Shown here: positions 49,336 to 61,300 of the stretch, piece after piece
Numbering within the stretch: the stretch's first letter is position 1
Layout of the letters: every line of letters begins with the position of its first letter
From: Macrostomum hystrix
Lineage: Eukaryota; Animalia; Platyhelminthes
NCBI GenBank assembly: GCA_950097015.1
Contig: CATNEN010000002.1
Location: 6,882,001 to 6,946,000, forward strand
Length of the DNA: 64,000 bases
Direction of reading: 5' to 3'
The notes under the pieces: generated by a model
The model's input: only the letters and a program-made list of their open reading frames with translations
What the model was told of the DNA's origin: nothing
Database searches by the model: none
Made by a program: the position numbers and the translations under genes

Positions 49336-49616
49336 TCGACCGCCATTACATAACATTAATTTACGAGTGAATCCGCTAAATTAACAAGCTGCAATTGGAT
49401 CTGGGTGCCTGCTGTCAGCTAGTCTATCGGGTCATTATTTGGTCGGAATTCTATCGTATTGCAGGCGATTCAAGTTTTGGTCAGTCTAAACTGAATACGA
49501 GTAAATAAGCTTGACGACTGACCATGTGACGGACTAAGTGAAAATTAACGAGCACGTTTTATTATAATCCAGTTTATAAGGCGGGCCAAATTCATCGATG
49601 GCTTGCATGCGGCATT

Positions 49617-50336
49617 TCAGCCCACGATGTCGAAGAACTCGCTGATTTCCGCCTCGGTGGCACTGTCGTTCATAACTGCCGCAGCTATCACTGTGCCGCG
49701 CAGCTGGCGACTGTCGTCCAAATGCGGAAAACCCAGCGTTAAACAGTCGCGACCCGATTGCGTCACATTGGTCATCCCATTGTCGTTGGCTTCAATGCTC
49801 GGATGCATGGACAAGTTGTGATAGAAGTGCGCACTCTCTGGAGCTTTGAAGGTGACACCTATGTTCACGAATTCCTCCCCATTGGAGGGGTATGTGCTTG
49901 AGAATACCTTGACGAGCTTGTCGACTATGATGAAGTCCAGAAGCTCGATAACCTCTGTGACGTGCATCAAGACGCTGCTGAGCGTTATTGTGAAGCAGTT
50001 GTAGCTACTCATCTGGGTCCCGACAGTCGGGACTCGCTTGTACCTGATCAGCCAGCTGAGTCCGCCTGGACTGCCGAAATGCACGCCTTCCAGCCACATC
50101 AGGGACATGCCGCCAATGAACCTGGCTCCCTCGCTGCTGAACTCCACCGACTCCGACTGCCACACCTGAGCCTGGCCGCACACCAAGTTGCTCCTGCTGG
50201 CCTTCACATCGTCTGATATCACCCAGCCAGCCTGCAGCTTCGAGCCCAAGCTGTTCATCAGCTTGTTCATCACTGAGAGCCAAGAAGCTGACGGCTCTGA
50301 CATTGAGCACTGTGCGGCAGGTGTTCCCAGATCCAT
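49617..50336 (-). CDS. 239-aa single-exon ORF, probable LamG/concanavalin-like (Laminin_G_3/pentraxin-type) jelly-roll protein
   Basis: Coding-like codon use; beta-rich pattern; C-terminal LTLG...LRGTVIAAAVMNDSATEAEISEFF resembles the LamG_3 ending (IG...F.G.I..V.IYN.AL...EI). Confidence 0.55.
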   Translation of the reverse strand: MDLGTPAAQCSMSEPSASWLSVMNKLMNSLGSKLQAGWVISDDVKASRSNLVCGQAQVWQSESVEFSSEGARFIGGMSLMWLEGVHFGSPGGLSWLIRYKRVPTVGTQMSSYNCFTITLSSVLMHVTEVIELLDFIIVDKLVKVFSSTYPSNGEEFVNIGVTFKAPESAHFYHNLSMHPSIEANDNGMTNVTQSGRDCLTLGFPHLDDSRQLRGTVIAAAVMNDSATEAEISEFFDIVG

Positions 50337-50714
50337 CAGGTGGCATCAAAGGGTCGACGAGGTGGCGGCACACGGCTGAGAAGAAAAACTGCAAGCAGCT
50401 GCCAGTCGCGATGTTGAACTGAACAACCAGAGGGTGGCCGGCAATGCTGGCCTTGATTGCGCAGTGGAGCAGGTGGAACGATGGCTCAGTCCGGTGCGCC
50501 AGGGAGTTGCTGAAGCACCGCTGCGTCGGAAGGCTTCGCCAGGCCTCGGAGCAAGAGTTCAGCGATGAGGACCACCATGAAGCAGCTGGCCAGGGCGAGA
50601 AGAGCAGCTGGCAAACCTGGAAGTTCGGTGCAAAGTCTCGGACTTTATTCAAATGTTTTCAAAACTTCCAAACCCTGCTGCTGATGCTATTTTAGATTCA
50701 GCTAAATGACCTTT

Positions 50715-50955
50715 CTAGCTGGGGTTCCTGCTTCGATTCTGGCTAGGGTCCCTGCTTCGATTCTAGCTAGGGTCCCTGCTTCGATTCTGGCTAGGGTCCC
50801 TGCTTCGATTCTAGCTAGGGTTCCTGCTTCGATTCTAGCTGGGGTTCCTGCTTCGATTCTGGCTAGGGTCCCTGCTTCGATTCTAGCTGGGGTCCCTGCT
50901 TCGATTCTAGCTGGGGTCCCTGCTTCGATTCTAACTAGGGTTCCTGCTTCGATTC
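50715..50955. repeat. 24-bp tandem repeat (gggtccctgcttcgattctagcta)
   Basis: Direct observation, about 10 units. Confidence 0.93.
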
Positions 50956-51139
50956 TGTCTAGCGCACCTTTTGTATGTAAATATTTAAAATATTGGCAGA
51001 ATATTTAAATGGTGTTTAACGCAAGAGCACCAAAAACTCTCACCTGTGCCACACATATTGCCGCTGCGAGGGCTAAATCCGGATTGCAAAATAATATTAT
51101 TGCATGTGTTTATCTCACTAATTATTTTTGCTCATTTGA

Positions 51140-51655
51140 AATCCAGTCTCTTCAATTCCATGTGGATGGAAATCCAGTCTCTTTAATTCCATGTCGATTG
51201 AAATCCAGTCTCATCATTTCTATGTGGATTGAAATCCAGTCTCATCATTTCTATGTGGATTGAAATCCAGTCTCATCAATTCCATGTGGATAGAAATCCA
51301 GTCTCTTTAATTCCATGTCGATTGAAATCCAGTCTCATCAATTCCATGTGGATAGAAATCCAGTCTCTTTAATTCCATGTCGATTGAAATCCAGTCTCAT
51401 CATTTCTATGTGGATTGAAATCCAGTCTCATCATTTCTATGTGGATTGAAATCCAGTCTCATCAATTCCATGTGGATAGAAATCCAGTCTCTTTAATTCC
51501 ATGTCGATTGAAATCCAGTCTCATCATTTCTATGTGGATTGAAATCCAGTCTCATCATTTCTATGTGGATTGAAATCCAGTCTCATCAATTCCATGTGGA
51601 TTGAAATCCAGTCTCTTCAATTCCATGTGGATTGAAATCCAGTCTCTTCAACTCC
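51140..51655. repeat. ~31-bp tandem repeat (gaaatccagtctcatcatttctatgtggatt)
   Basis: Direct observation. Confidence 0.92.
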
Positions 51656-52419
51656 ATGATTTCATGACAAAATATAAAAGTTGGAAAACATGCTTCTAGA
51701 TGAATTATTCCCAATACAAAAGGCACTGGTGAAATAAACAAATAGTTTCTACTCGTTAGATAAAATTTATTTATCACACGCATTTTAAGCTAAGAAAAAC
51801 TAGTGGTATGCTAGAGTAAGACATTTCCCTTAAAAATGTAGCCACTAATGTCAAAATAAAAAGTGAACCAACAAACTGGCAAAATGGAAGACAAAAATAG
51901 ATGACAATCATTGGGAATGGGTCGAATTGACAAGCAAAACAACAGTTGAACAGAATGTAAAATATACAAGCTACTTTGGCAAAATCTATTTAGCCAATTC
52001 TGGGCAAATGTCGAAATAGGTCATAGAATACACATTTTCGGTTCTAAGAAAGGTACAGGAGCTCGGTAAAAAGAAATCTGGAATACTCAAAAAAAGTTTT
52101 CTTTAAATAATTCTCAAAAATCGAACTATAACAGTTCTATAATAAAAGAACTACGACAAGTAGACCAAGTGTGAAGCGATCTACTCAATAAAAAGTCGCC
52201 AAACAGGAAACGATTCAGAAACTCTTAGGTCATGGTAGCTAATTATTTAACCAATAAAAATGTACTTGTCTAATTATGCACTGAAGGTCGTTAGTTCGAT
52301 TCCGCAGTAGCAAATTGTCTGACAGCAGGAATTTAAAAATAAAAAAACAACTGGCAAATCTGGCCAACCATCAGAAAACCGACAGATAAGTAAAGTGCTA
52401 CAGTAGTTTTCTTTTCAGA

Positions 52420-52980
52420 AGTAGCGCTCTAGCCCATAGACAATCAATTTTTAGAAGTGGTGGCAGTCTAGCCCATAGACAACCAATTTTTAGAAGTGGT
52501 GGCAGTCTAGCCCATAGACAAACAATTTTTAGAAGTGGTGGCAGTCTAGCCCATAGACAACCAATTTTTAGAAGTGGTGGCAGTCTAGCCCATAGACAAC
52601 CAATTTTTAGAAGTGGTGGCAGTCTAGCCCATAGACAACCAATTTTTAGAAGTGGTGGCAGTCTAGCCCATAGACAACCAATTTTTAGAAGTGGTGGCAG
52701 TCTAGCCCATAGACAAACAATTTTTAGAAGTGGTGGCAGTCTAGCCCATAGACAAACAATTTTTAGAAGTGGCAGTCTAGCCCATAGACAACCAATTTTT
52801 ACAAGTGGTGGCAGTCTAGCTCATAGACAACCAATTTTCAGAAGCAGCGCTCTAGCCCATAGACAATCAATTTTCCGAAGTGGCACTCTAGCCCATAGAC
52901 AACCAATTTTCAGAAGTGGCAGACTAGCCCATAGACAACCAATTTTCAGAAGTAGCCCTCTAGCCCATAGACAACCAGTT
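52420..52980. repeat. ~39-bp tandem repeat (gtctagcccatagacaaccaatttttagaagtggtggca)
   Basis: Direct observation. Confidence 0.92.
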
Positions 52981-53063
52981 TTCCAAAGTGAAACTGTATT
53001 CTACTTAAAATCCTACAGAAAAGGTGGCACTTGAACTACGTTGAAAACTCAACCCGCCATGTC

Positions 53064-54945
53064 TCAGGAGTCGTCATCCTCGGCGGCGGCGGCGGCCGCA
53101 GCCCTGTCCGCCGGACCCAGCGTCTGCCGCATGCGCCGGATGTTAAGGCCGCTCTCCTCGTTGCAGGCGTAGCAGAGGAACACTCCGTACTGGCGACACC
53201 GGCTGCAGATGTAATTGTCCAGGCCGCACTTCTCGCACTGGACGGCGATGTCCTTGACTCGGCCGCAGCCCTTGCAGTTGGGCTCGTGGCCGAACCACTC
53301 GTCGGCGCCCAGGACTTCGTTGGCCGGGGCGACCCGGTGGAACACGCAGATGGCGCTCAGCAGGCGCTCCCGGGTGCCCCGGTCCAGCTCGCGGAACGCC
53401 GGCTGAACCTCTAGCGTGCGGAGGCAGTTGGCGAATAGGAGGGCCATCTCGGCCAGCATCGAGTACTCAAGCTCCTCCAGTTTGTAAGCCAACACATCCT
53501 GTGAGACAGAAATTCACCAACTGTGAGTCATAGAAATTCACCAACTGTGAGTCACAGAAATTCACCAACTGTGAGTCATAGAAATTCACCAACTGTGAGT
53601 CATAGAAATTCACCAACTGTGAGTCATAGAAATTCACCAACTGTGAGTCATAGAAATTCACCAACTGTGAGTCATAGAAATTCACCAACTGTGAATCACA
53701 GAAATTCACCAACTGTGAGTCATAGAAATTCACCAACTGTGAATCACAGAAATTAACCAACTGTGAGTCATAGAAATTCACCAACTGTGAATCACAGAAA
53801 TTCACCAACTGTGAGTCATAGAAATTCACCAACTGTGAGACAGAAATTCACCAACTGTGAATCACAGAAATTCACCAACTGTGAATCACAGAAATTCACC
53901 AACTGTGAGTCATAGAAATTCACCAACTGTGAGTCATAGAAATTCACCAACTGTGAGTCATAGAAATTCACCAACTGTGAGTCATAGAAATTCACCAACT
54001 GTGAATCACAGAAATTCACCAACTGTGAATCACAGAAATTCACCAACTGTGAGTCACAGAAATTCACCAACTGTGAGTCATAGAAATTCACCAACTGTGA
54101 ATCACAGAAATTCACCAACTGTGAATCACAGAAATTCACCAACTGTGAGTCACAGAAATTCACCAACTGTGAGTCATAGAAATTCACCAACTGTGAATCA
54201 CAGAAATTCACCAACTGTGAATCACAGAAATTCTCCAACTGTAAATCACAGAAATTCATCAACTGTGAGTCATAGAAATTCACCAACTGTGAGTCATAGA
54301 AATTCACCAAATATGAATAATATAAATCCTAGGCCATAGAATCCCATTTAGTTGTTAGCAACTCACCCGGAAATGCATCACAACGCTATTCTTGTCCACA
54401 ATGCTCCTGAGGTACTGCAGTCCCGGCTCCCACAACACCTGCAGCTGGTATTCTTTGACAATGGCCAGCACTGGGACGGCCAATTCCGGATTCAAATAGT
54501 TGCTAATCGGCCTACAAAAGTGCAGATTATGCAGACAGTTGAGCAGGGCCCGCATTGGAGCGGCTGACTTTCCAGGAAGCTTCACAATGGGCTTGTCGGC
54601 CTCAATAAACTGACTGGAGAACATTGCCTGGAACACTGGCGAGTGCAGCGACAGCACCCAGGTGTTGCTGTACAGCAATGTGTCATCGTCCAACGAGAAA
54701 GTCACGTGACGACACGGGATTTGGTGATTGGCCGGATCGGCCGAGTCTGGCGGGGTGGAGGGCAGCGGAGCAGCCGTGGCGGACCCGGCGGATTCGGGAG
54801 GCGGCGGCGGCGGCGGCTGAGGAGCAGCTGACTGGCCAGCAGCTCGCTTGTTCTTCTTCTTGGAGTCGCCCAGGTTAATGGGAATCGTTGGCGTCTTCAG
54901 CCAGGCGGCTGGCGAGAACGGGAGGGCCGGACTAGAGCTGCTAGC
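53064..54945 (-). CDS. BTB/POZ-BACK-like protein with C-terminal 4xCxxC zinc-binding tail; exons 54945-54367 and 53498-53064; the 5' exon carrying the start was not located
   Basis: BTB motifs VTFSLDDDTLLYSNTWVLSLHSPVFQAMFSSQFIEADKPIVKLPG and EYQL; phase-0 intron CGG|GTGAGT...TCACAG|GAT; tail CKGC-CEKC-CSRC-CYAC. Confidence 0.8.
53500..54312. repeat. 24-bp tandem repeat (gaaattcaccaactgtgagtcata) filling the BTB gene intron
   Basis: Direct observation, about 34 units. Confidence 0.96.
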
Positions 54946-54977
54946 CTGCAATCAGTGCGAGCACCTGCTGCGTTAGC

Positions 54978-56247
54978 CGCAATTGTCCAGTTATCTGAGG
55001 TGTCCCACCTTCTATCCACCCAGTTATCTGAGGTGTCCCACCTTCTATCCACCCAGCTATCTGAGGTGTCCCACCTTCTATCCACCCAGTTATCTGAGGT
55101 GTCCCACCTTCTATCCACCCAGCTATCTGAGGTGTCCCACCTTCTATCAACCAAGTTATCTGAGGTGTCCCATCTTCTATCCACCCAGCTATCTGAGGTG
55201 TCCCACCTTCTATCCACCCAGTTATCTGAGGTGTCCCATCTTCTATCCACCCAGTTATCTGAGGTGTCCTATCTTCTATCTACACAGCTATCTGAGGTGT
55301 CCCACCTTCTATCCACCCAGTTATCTGAGGTGTCCCACCTTCTATCCACCCAGTTATCTGAGGTGTCCCATCTTCTATCCACCCAGTTATCTGAGGTGTC
55401 CCACCTTCTATCCACCCAGCTATCTGAGGTGTCCCACCTGTTATCCACCCAGCTATCTGAGGTGTCTCATCATCTATCCACCCAGTTATCTGAGGTGTCT
55501 CATCTTCTATCCACCCAGCTATCTGATGTGTCCCACCTTCTATCCACTGAGTTATCTGAGGTGTCCCATCTTCTATCCACCCAGTTATCTGAGGTGTCCC
55601 ACCTTCTATCCACCCAGCTATCTGAGGTGTCCCACCTTCTATCAACCAAGTTATCTGAGGTGTCCCATCTTCTATCCACCCAGCTATCTGAGGTGTCCCA
55701 CCTTCTATCCACCCAGTTATCTGAGGTGTCCCATCTTCTATCCACCCAGTTATCTGAGGTGTCCCACCTTCTATCCACCCAGCTATCTGAGGTGTCCCAC
55801 CTGTTATCCACCCAGCTATCTGAGGTGTCTCATCATCTATCCACCCAGTTATCTGAGGTGTCTCATCTTCTATCCACCCAGCTATCTGATGTGTCCCACC
55901 TTCTATCCACCCAGTTATCTGAGGTGTCCCACCTTCTATCCACCCAGTTATCTGAGGTGTCCCACCTTATATCCACCCAGTTATCTGAGGTGTCCCACCT
56001 TCTATCCACTGAGTTATCTGAGGTGTCCCATCTTCTATCCACCCAGTTATCTGAGGTGTCCCACCTTCTATCCACCCAGTTATCTGAGGTGTCCCACCTT
56101 CTATCCACTGAGTTATCTGAGGTGTCCCACCTTCTATCCACCCAGCTATCTGAGGTGTCCCACCTTCTATCCACCCAGCTATCTGAGGTGTCCCACCTTC
56201 TATCCACTGAGTTATCTGAGGTGTCCCACCTTCTATCCACCCAGCTG
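54978..56247. repeat. 33-bp tandem repeat (cagttatctgaggtgtcccaccttctatccacc) with an 11-unit (363-bp) block duplication
   Basis: Direct observation; rare variant cacctgttatcc recurs 363 bp apart (55440, 55803). Confidence 0.96.
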
Positions 56248-56499
56248 AGGTGTCGCACCCAAAAAACAAAGAAAACGCACTTGTGTGAACAATTTGCAAA
56301 AAAGAACTTCGCTTTCAAAACTGGGCAAGCGGTATTGCATCGGCCATTGCCATAGCGGCCGAACGCAACTGGAGCCCAGTTAAGAAATATTTTTTAGCCA
56401 AGCAAATTTTGTTCTAGCAATTATTTAGGCAAGCAAAATTACCATGCAACAAAAGTAACTGGATAACGAGTGAAGTGATAGAAACATGTATAGATTGGT

Positions 56500-57082
56500 T
56501 TCAGTCAGTCAGTCAGTGAGTCAGTGAGTCAGTCAGTGAGTCAGTGATTCAGTCAGTGAGTCAGTCAGTGAGTCAATCAGTCAGTCAGTGAGTCAGTCAG
56601 TGAGTCAATCAGTCAGTCAGTGAGTCAGTCAGTGAGTCAGTCAGTCAGTCAGTGAGTCAGTCAGTGAGTCAGTCAGTGAGTCAGTCAGTCAGTCAGTGAG
56701 TCAGTCAGTCAGTCAGTCAGTGAGTCAATCAGTCAGTCAGTGAGTCAGTCAGTGAGTCAGTCAGTCAGTCAGTGAGTCAGTCAGTCAGTGAGTCAGTGAT
56801 TCAGTCAGTGAGTCAGTCAGTGAGTCAATCAGTCAGTCAGTGAGTCAGTCAGTGAGTCAGTCAGTCAGTCAGTGAGTCAGTCAGTCAGTCAGTCAGTCAG
56901 TCAGTCAGTCAGTCAGTGAGTCAATCAGTCAGTCAGTGAGTCAGTGAGTCAATCAGTCAGTCAGTGAGTCAGTGAGTCAATCAGTCAGTCAGTGAGTCAG
57001 TCAGTGAGTCAGTCAGTGAGTCAGTCAGTGAGTCAGTGAGTCAGTCAGTCAGTCAGTCAGTCAGTGAGTCAGTCAGTCAGTA
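56500..57082. repeat. Compound tetranucleotide microsatellite (TCAG/TGAG)n
   Basis: Direct observation. Confidence 0.97.
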
Positions 57083-58149
57083 ATTTCAACATCTAAGAAA
57101 GTGTTAGGAAACTATGCCGACATTGCAGCAATTATGAAGGCCAACTGAACAGCAAATAATAATATTTTAGATGAGTACATAAGCTGCCATAACAATTCGG
57201 ACAGATATGAAACACGCACACTGCAGTGAAGAAAGTAAGCAAAAGTACAGAGATGAATTGGTACATGGCATTTAATGAAGCGGGAACCACATAGACATGC
57301 ACGAATCACCAAGCAAGGGAATGTCATGCTGGCTGGATCACACTCTGAGATAGCGAGAGTACATTGAACACACTGAACATATAATTAATATGATCACCGC
57401 ATAATTTTTGAGACCCGCTAAAATTCTAAATATAAAGGTTTATCTATTAATCACTGGCAGAAACACAAAACTTTTCGATACACATTATAAGGCAACGCAA
57501 TAAATTGATCAATAAATCACTTTAATATCAGCATTATCGCTTAATACTACTGACACTGTGAGTAGTCTGAAAACTGACAAAATGTACCAGTAAATTATAA
57601 AAACACAAAAACAATTCCCAAATCGACTAAAAAATTACTAAATATTATTACTGATAAGTACATAAATAGTAGATTGAATAGAAAGCTATTAATATTCCAG
57701 ATCAGATCTATAAACAGTTTTTAGAAATGAGGACTAATGCCAGTTATAAGAGCAACATTTTCACATTAAGAGGGTTGCAGAAAAATGGTTATAAATCAGT
57801 TTTTCATTTTCAAACAAATTAAATAAAAACGGTAATAGAAAAGGTAGAAAAAGGCTGATAAGAATTGTAAGACACGTAATTTAAAAACGAATTAGCTCGG
57901 TCGTACACTTCGTTTCTTGGAAAATTTATTAAAGGCCGATTTTTTACGGAAAAATGCCACAGCGAGATTGCAACTTTCAACATTTTAATGTGAAAAAACG
58001 TGAAAATTTCCAGTCTCGCTGGTGCATTTCCGTAAAATCAGCCTTTCATACATTTTCCAAGAAACGAAGTGTCCGTCATTCTTCTTCTAGTGGTCCTTGG
58101 TCGCATTGGAGCAGTATGCAGCCTAGTGGCATAAGAAAATAAGATACCA

Positions 58150-58235
58150 GGGTAGGAGTGCGGCCTCCCCAGTCCATGGACTGAACAGATGTACACAGAC
58201 ACTGAAAGCTGCGGCTGTGCCACTGCCCGTACACC
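58150..58235 (+). mobile_element. SINE family 2, 3' fragment
   Basis: ccccagtccatggactgaacagatgtacac...gctgcggctgtgc. Confidence 0.6.
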
Positions 58236-58391
58236 TGGCCCGAAAGTACAGGAGCTCTGTACAAGGTTGTACAAGGGAAAATCTAGTAGTGCCTTTTTAA
58301 AACAGAGGTTGCACAGTTAAAGCTACATGAGGGTTCACAATGCATATAAAAGTCCAATAAAACAATGCACACGCAACTGCTATGGCGAATG

Positions 58392-61300
58392 TCAAAGCTG
58401 CTGCCTCTGTTGGAGGGACTCGGAGCCACCGTTTGGCAAAGACGGCTGCAGCATAAACTGCACTACAAAGTCTCTAACGAAAGCTTGCACAATGCTGTCC
58501 AGCACCAACACTCCACCTGTGTGTCTCAGCAGCTGCTCCATGTTGACTGGCGACATCAGCATCTGAGCAAGCTCGGGTGCCAGCTTGGCCTGGTCCTTGC
58601 GCGGCCTAAGGATGGCAAGGCAGCGAATGCGTTCTGAAAGCCTGTGTACTTTAGTCCCTACCCCTGATGCTTCAGTAGGCTGGTCCCTACCCCTGATGCT
58701 TCAGTAGGCTGGTCTCTACCCCTGATGCTTCAGTAGGTTGGTCCCTACCCCTGATGCTTCAGTAGGCTGGTCCCTACCCCTGATGCTTCAGTAGGCTGGT
58801 CCCTACCCCTGATGCTTCAGTAGGCTGGTCCCTACCCCTGATGCTTCAGTAGGCTGGTCCCTACCCCTGATGCTTCAGTAGGCTGGTCCCTACCCCTGAT
58901 GCTTCAGTAGGCTGGTCCCTACCCCTGATGCTTCAGTAGGCCCCTACCCCCGATGCTTCAGTAGGCTGGTCCCTACCCCTGATGCTTCAGTAGGCTGGTC
59001 CCTACCCCTGATGCTTCAGTAGGCTGGTCCCTACCCCTGATGCTTCAGTAGGCTGGTCCCTACCCCTGATGCTTCAGTAGGCTGGTCCCTACCCCTGATG
59101 CTTCAGTAGGCCCCTACCCCTGATGCTTCAGTAGGCTGGTCCCTACCCCCCTGATGCTTCAGTAGGCTGGTCCCTACCCCTGATGCTTCAGTAGGCTGGT
59201 CCCTACCCCTGATGCTTCAGTAGGCCCCTTCCCCTGATGCTTCAGTAGGCTGGTCCCTACCCCCCTGATGCTTCAGTAGGCTGGTACCTACCCCTGATGC
59301 TTCAGTAGGCTGGTCCCTACCTCTGATGCTTCAGTAGGTCCCTACCCCTGATGCTTCAGTAGGCTGGTCCCTACCCCCTGATGCTTCAGTAGGTCCCTAC
59401 CCCCCTGATGCTTCAGTAGGCTGGTCCCTACCCCTGATGCTTCAGTAGGTCCCTACCCCCCTGATGCTTCAGTAGGCTGGTCCCTACCCCTGATGCTTCA
59501 GTAGGCTGGTCCCTACCCCTGATGCTTCAGTAGGCTGGTCCCTACCCCCTGATGCTTCAGTAGGTACCTACCCCCCTGATGCTTCAGTAGGCTGGTCCCT
59601 ACCCCCTGATGCTTCAGTAGGTCCCTACCCCCCTGATGCTTCAGTAGGCTGGTCCCTACCCCTGATGCTTCAGCAGGCTGGTCCCTACCCCTGATGCTTC
59701 AGTAGGCTGGTCCCTACCCCTGATGCTTGAGTAGGCTGGTCCCTACCCTTGATGCTTCAGTAGGTCCCTACCCTTGATGCTTCGGTAGTTTGGTCCCTAC
59801 CCCTGATGCTTCAGTAGGCTGGTACCTACCCCCCTGATGCTTCAGTAGGCTGGTCCCTACCCCCTGATGCTTCAGTAGGCTGGTCCCTACCCTTGATGCT
59901 TCAGTAGGCTGGTCCCTACCCCTGATGCTTGAGTATGCTGGTCCCTACCCCTGATGCTTCAGTAGGCTGGTCCCTACCCCTGATGCTTCAGTAGGCTGGT
60001 CCCTACCCCTGATGCTTCAGTAGGCTGGTCCCTACCCTTGATGCTTCAGTAGGTCCCTACCCTTGATGCTTCGGTAGTTTGGTCCCTACCCCTGATGCTT
60101 CAGTAGGCTGGTACCTACCCCCCTGATGCTTCAGTAGGCTGGTCCCTACCCCCTGATGCTTCAGTAGGTCCCTACCCCCCTGATGCTTCAGTAGGCTGGT
60201 CCCTACCCCTGATGCTTCAGTAGGCTGGTCCCTACCCCTGATGCTTCAGTAGGCTGGTACCTAACCCCCTGATGCTTCAGTAGGCTGGTCCCTACCCCTG
60301 ATGCTTCAGTAGGTCCCTACCCCTGATGTTTCAGTAGGTCCCTACCCCTGATGCTTCAGTAGGTCCCTACCCCTGATGCTTCAGTAGGCTGGTACCTACC
60401 CCCCTGATGCTTCAGTAGGCTGGTCCCTACCCCTGATGCTTCAGTAGGTCCCTACCCCTGATGCTTCAGTAGGTCCCTACCCCTGATGCTTCAGTAGGCT
60501 GGTACCTACCCCCCTGATGCTTCAGTAGGCTGGTCCCTACCCCTGATGCTTCAGTAGGTCCCTACCCCTGATGCTTCAGTAGGTCCCTACCCCTGATGCT
60601 TCGGTAGTTTGCTCCCTACCCTCACTAACCTGACTCGCTCGTCAACGCAGCCAGAAGCGTAGACTCCGTCGACGCACTCGGACACCAGCTGTTGCAGCTG
60701 CTCGGCGAAGGCCGCTTTCTCTTGCTCGCTTGGCGCAGCGGGTTGAGGCGGAGGCGGCGGCGGCTGAGCCGGGGCGGGCACGAGCTCCATCTTGTCGGTG
60801 ATGATGCTGACGTCATCCAGGTTGCGAATGTACTCAAGAAGGCCCAGTAGGCGCTGGTCGCCGGCCACGGAAAGCAACTCTGCTTCGGTTAGGGCGCATT
60901 GTGGGTCGCCGTTGCTAAGCAGGTAGTTGAGGAATTTCGACAGCAGGCCGATGACCTTGTCCATGGCTTCTTCGTCGCTTATCAAGTCGGCTGGCGAAGA
61001 TTTCGCTGCGGCGGCTGCGGCGGCCGCTCGGCGCTGTTCGTCTTCGAAGGCAACGTAGGCTTCGAATAGGCGGCGGAACTCCGCCTTGGGAAGCCGGCGA
61101 GACGGCTTTGGCGGCGGCTGCGGCAGCTGCTGCTGAGTCAGGTCCTTTAGTACGAAGGTTTTAAGAGTTTATAAACTTATAAACTTTTTATTATAATTGA
61201 TAGCAGATATGGATAAACTGTGCAAGTTTGGCATTGAAATGTTATTTCTGAAAGCCTTATGATTTACCAAAATTGGATTTGATAATCGATATCGAGAACT

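Noticed and set aside
54941-56355. 466- and 421-aa ORFs (LSEVSHLLSTQ / SYLRCPTFYPP repeats)
   Set aside because: Translations of the 33-bp satellite; open frames follow from the unit length and no coding context supports them
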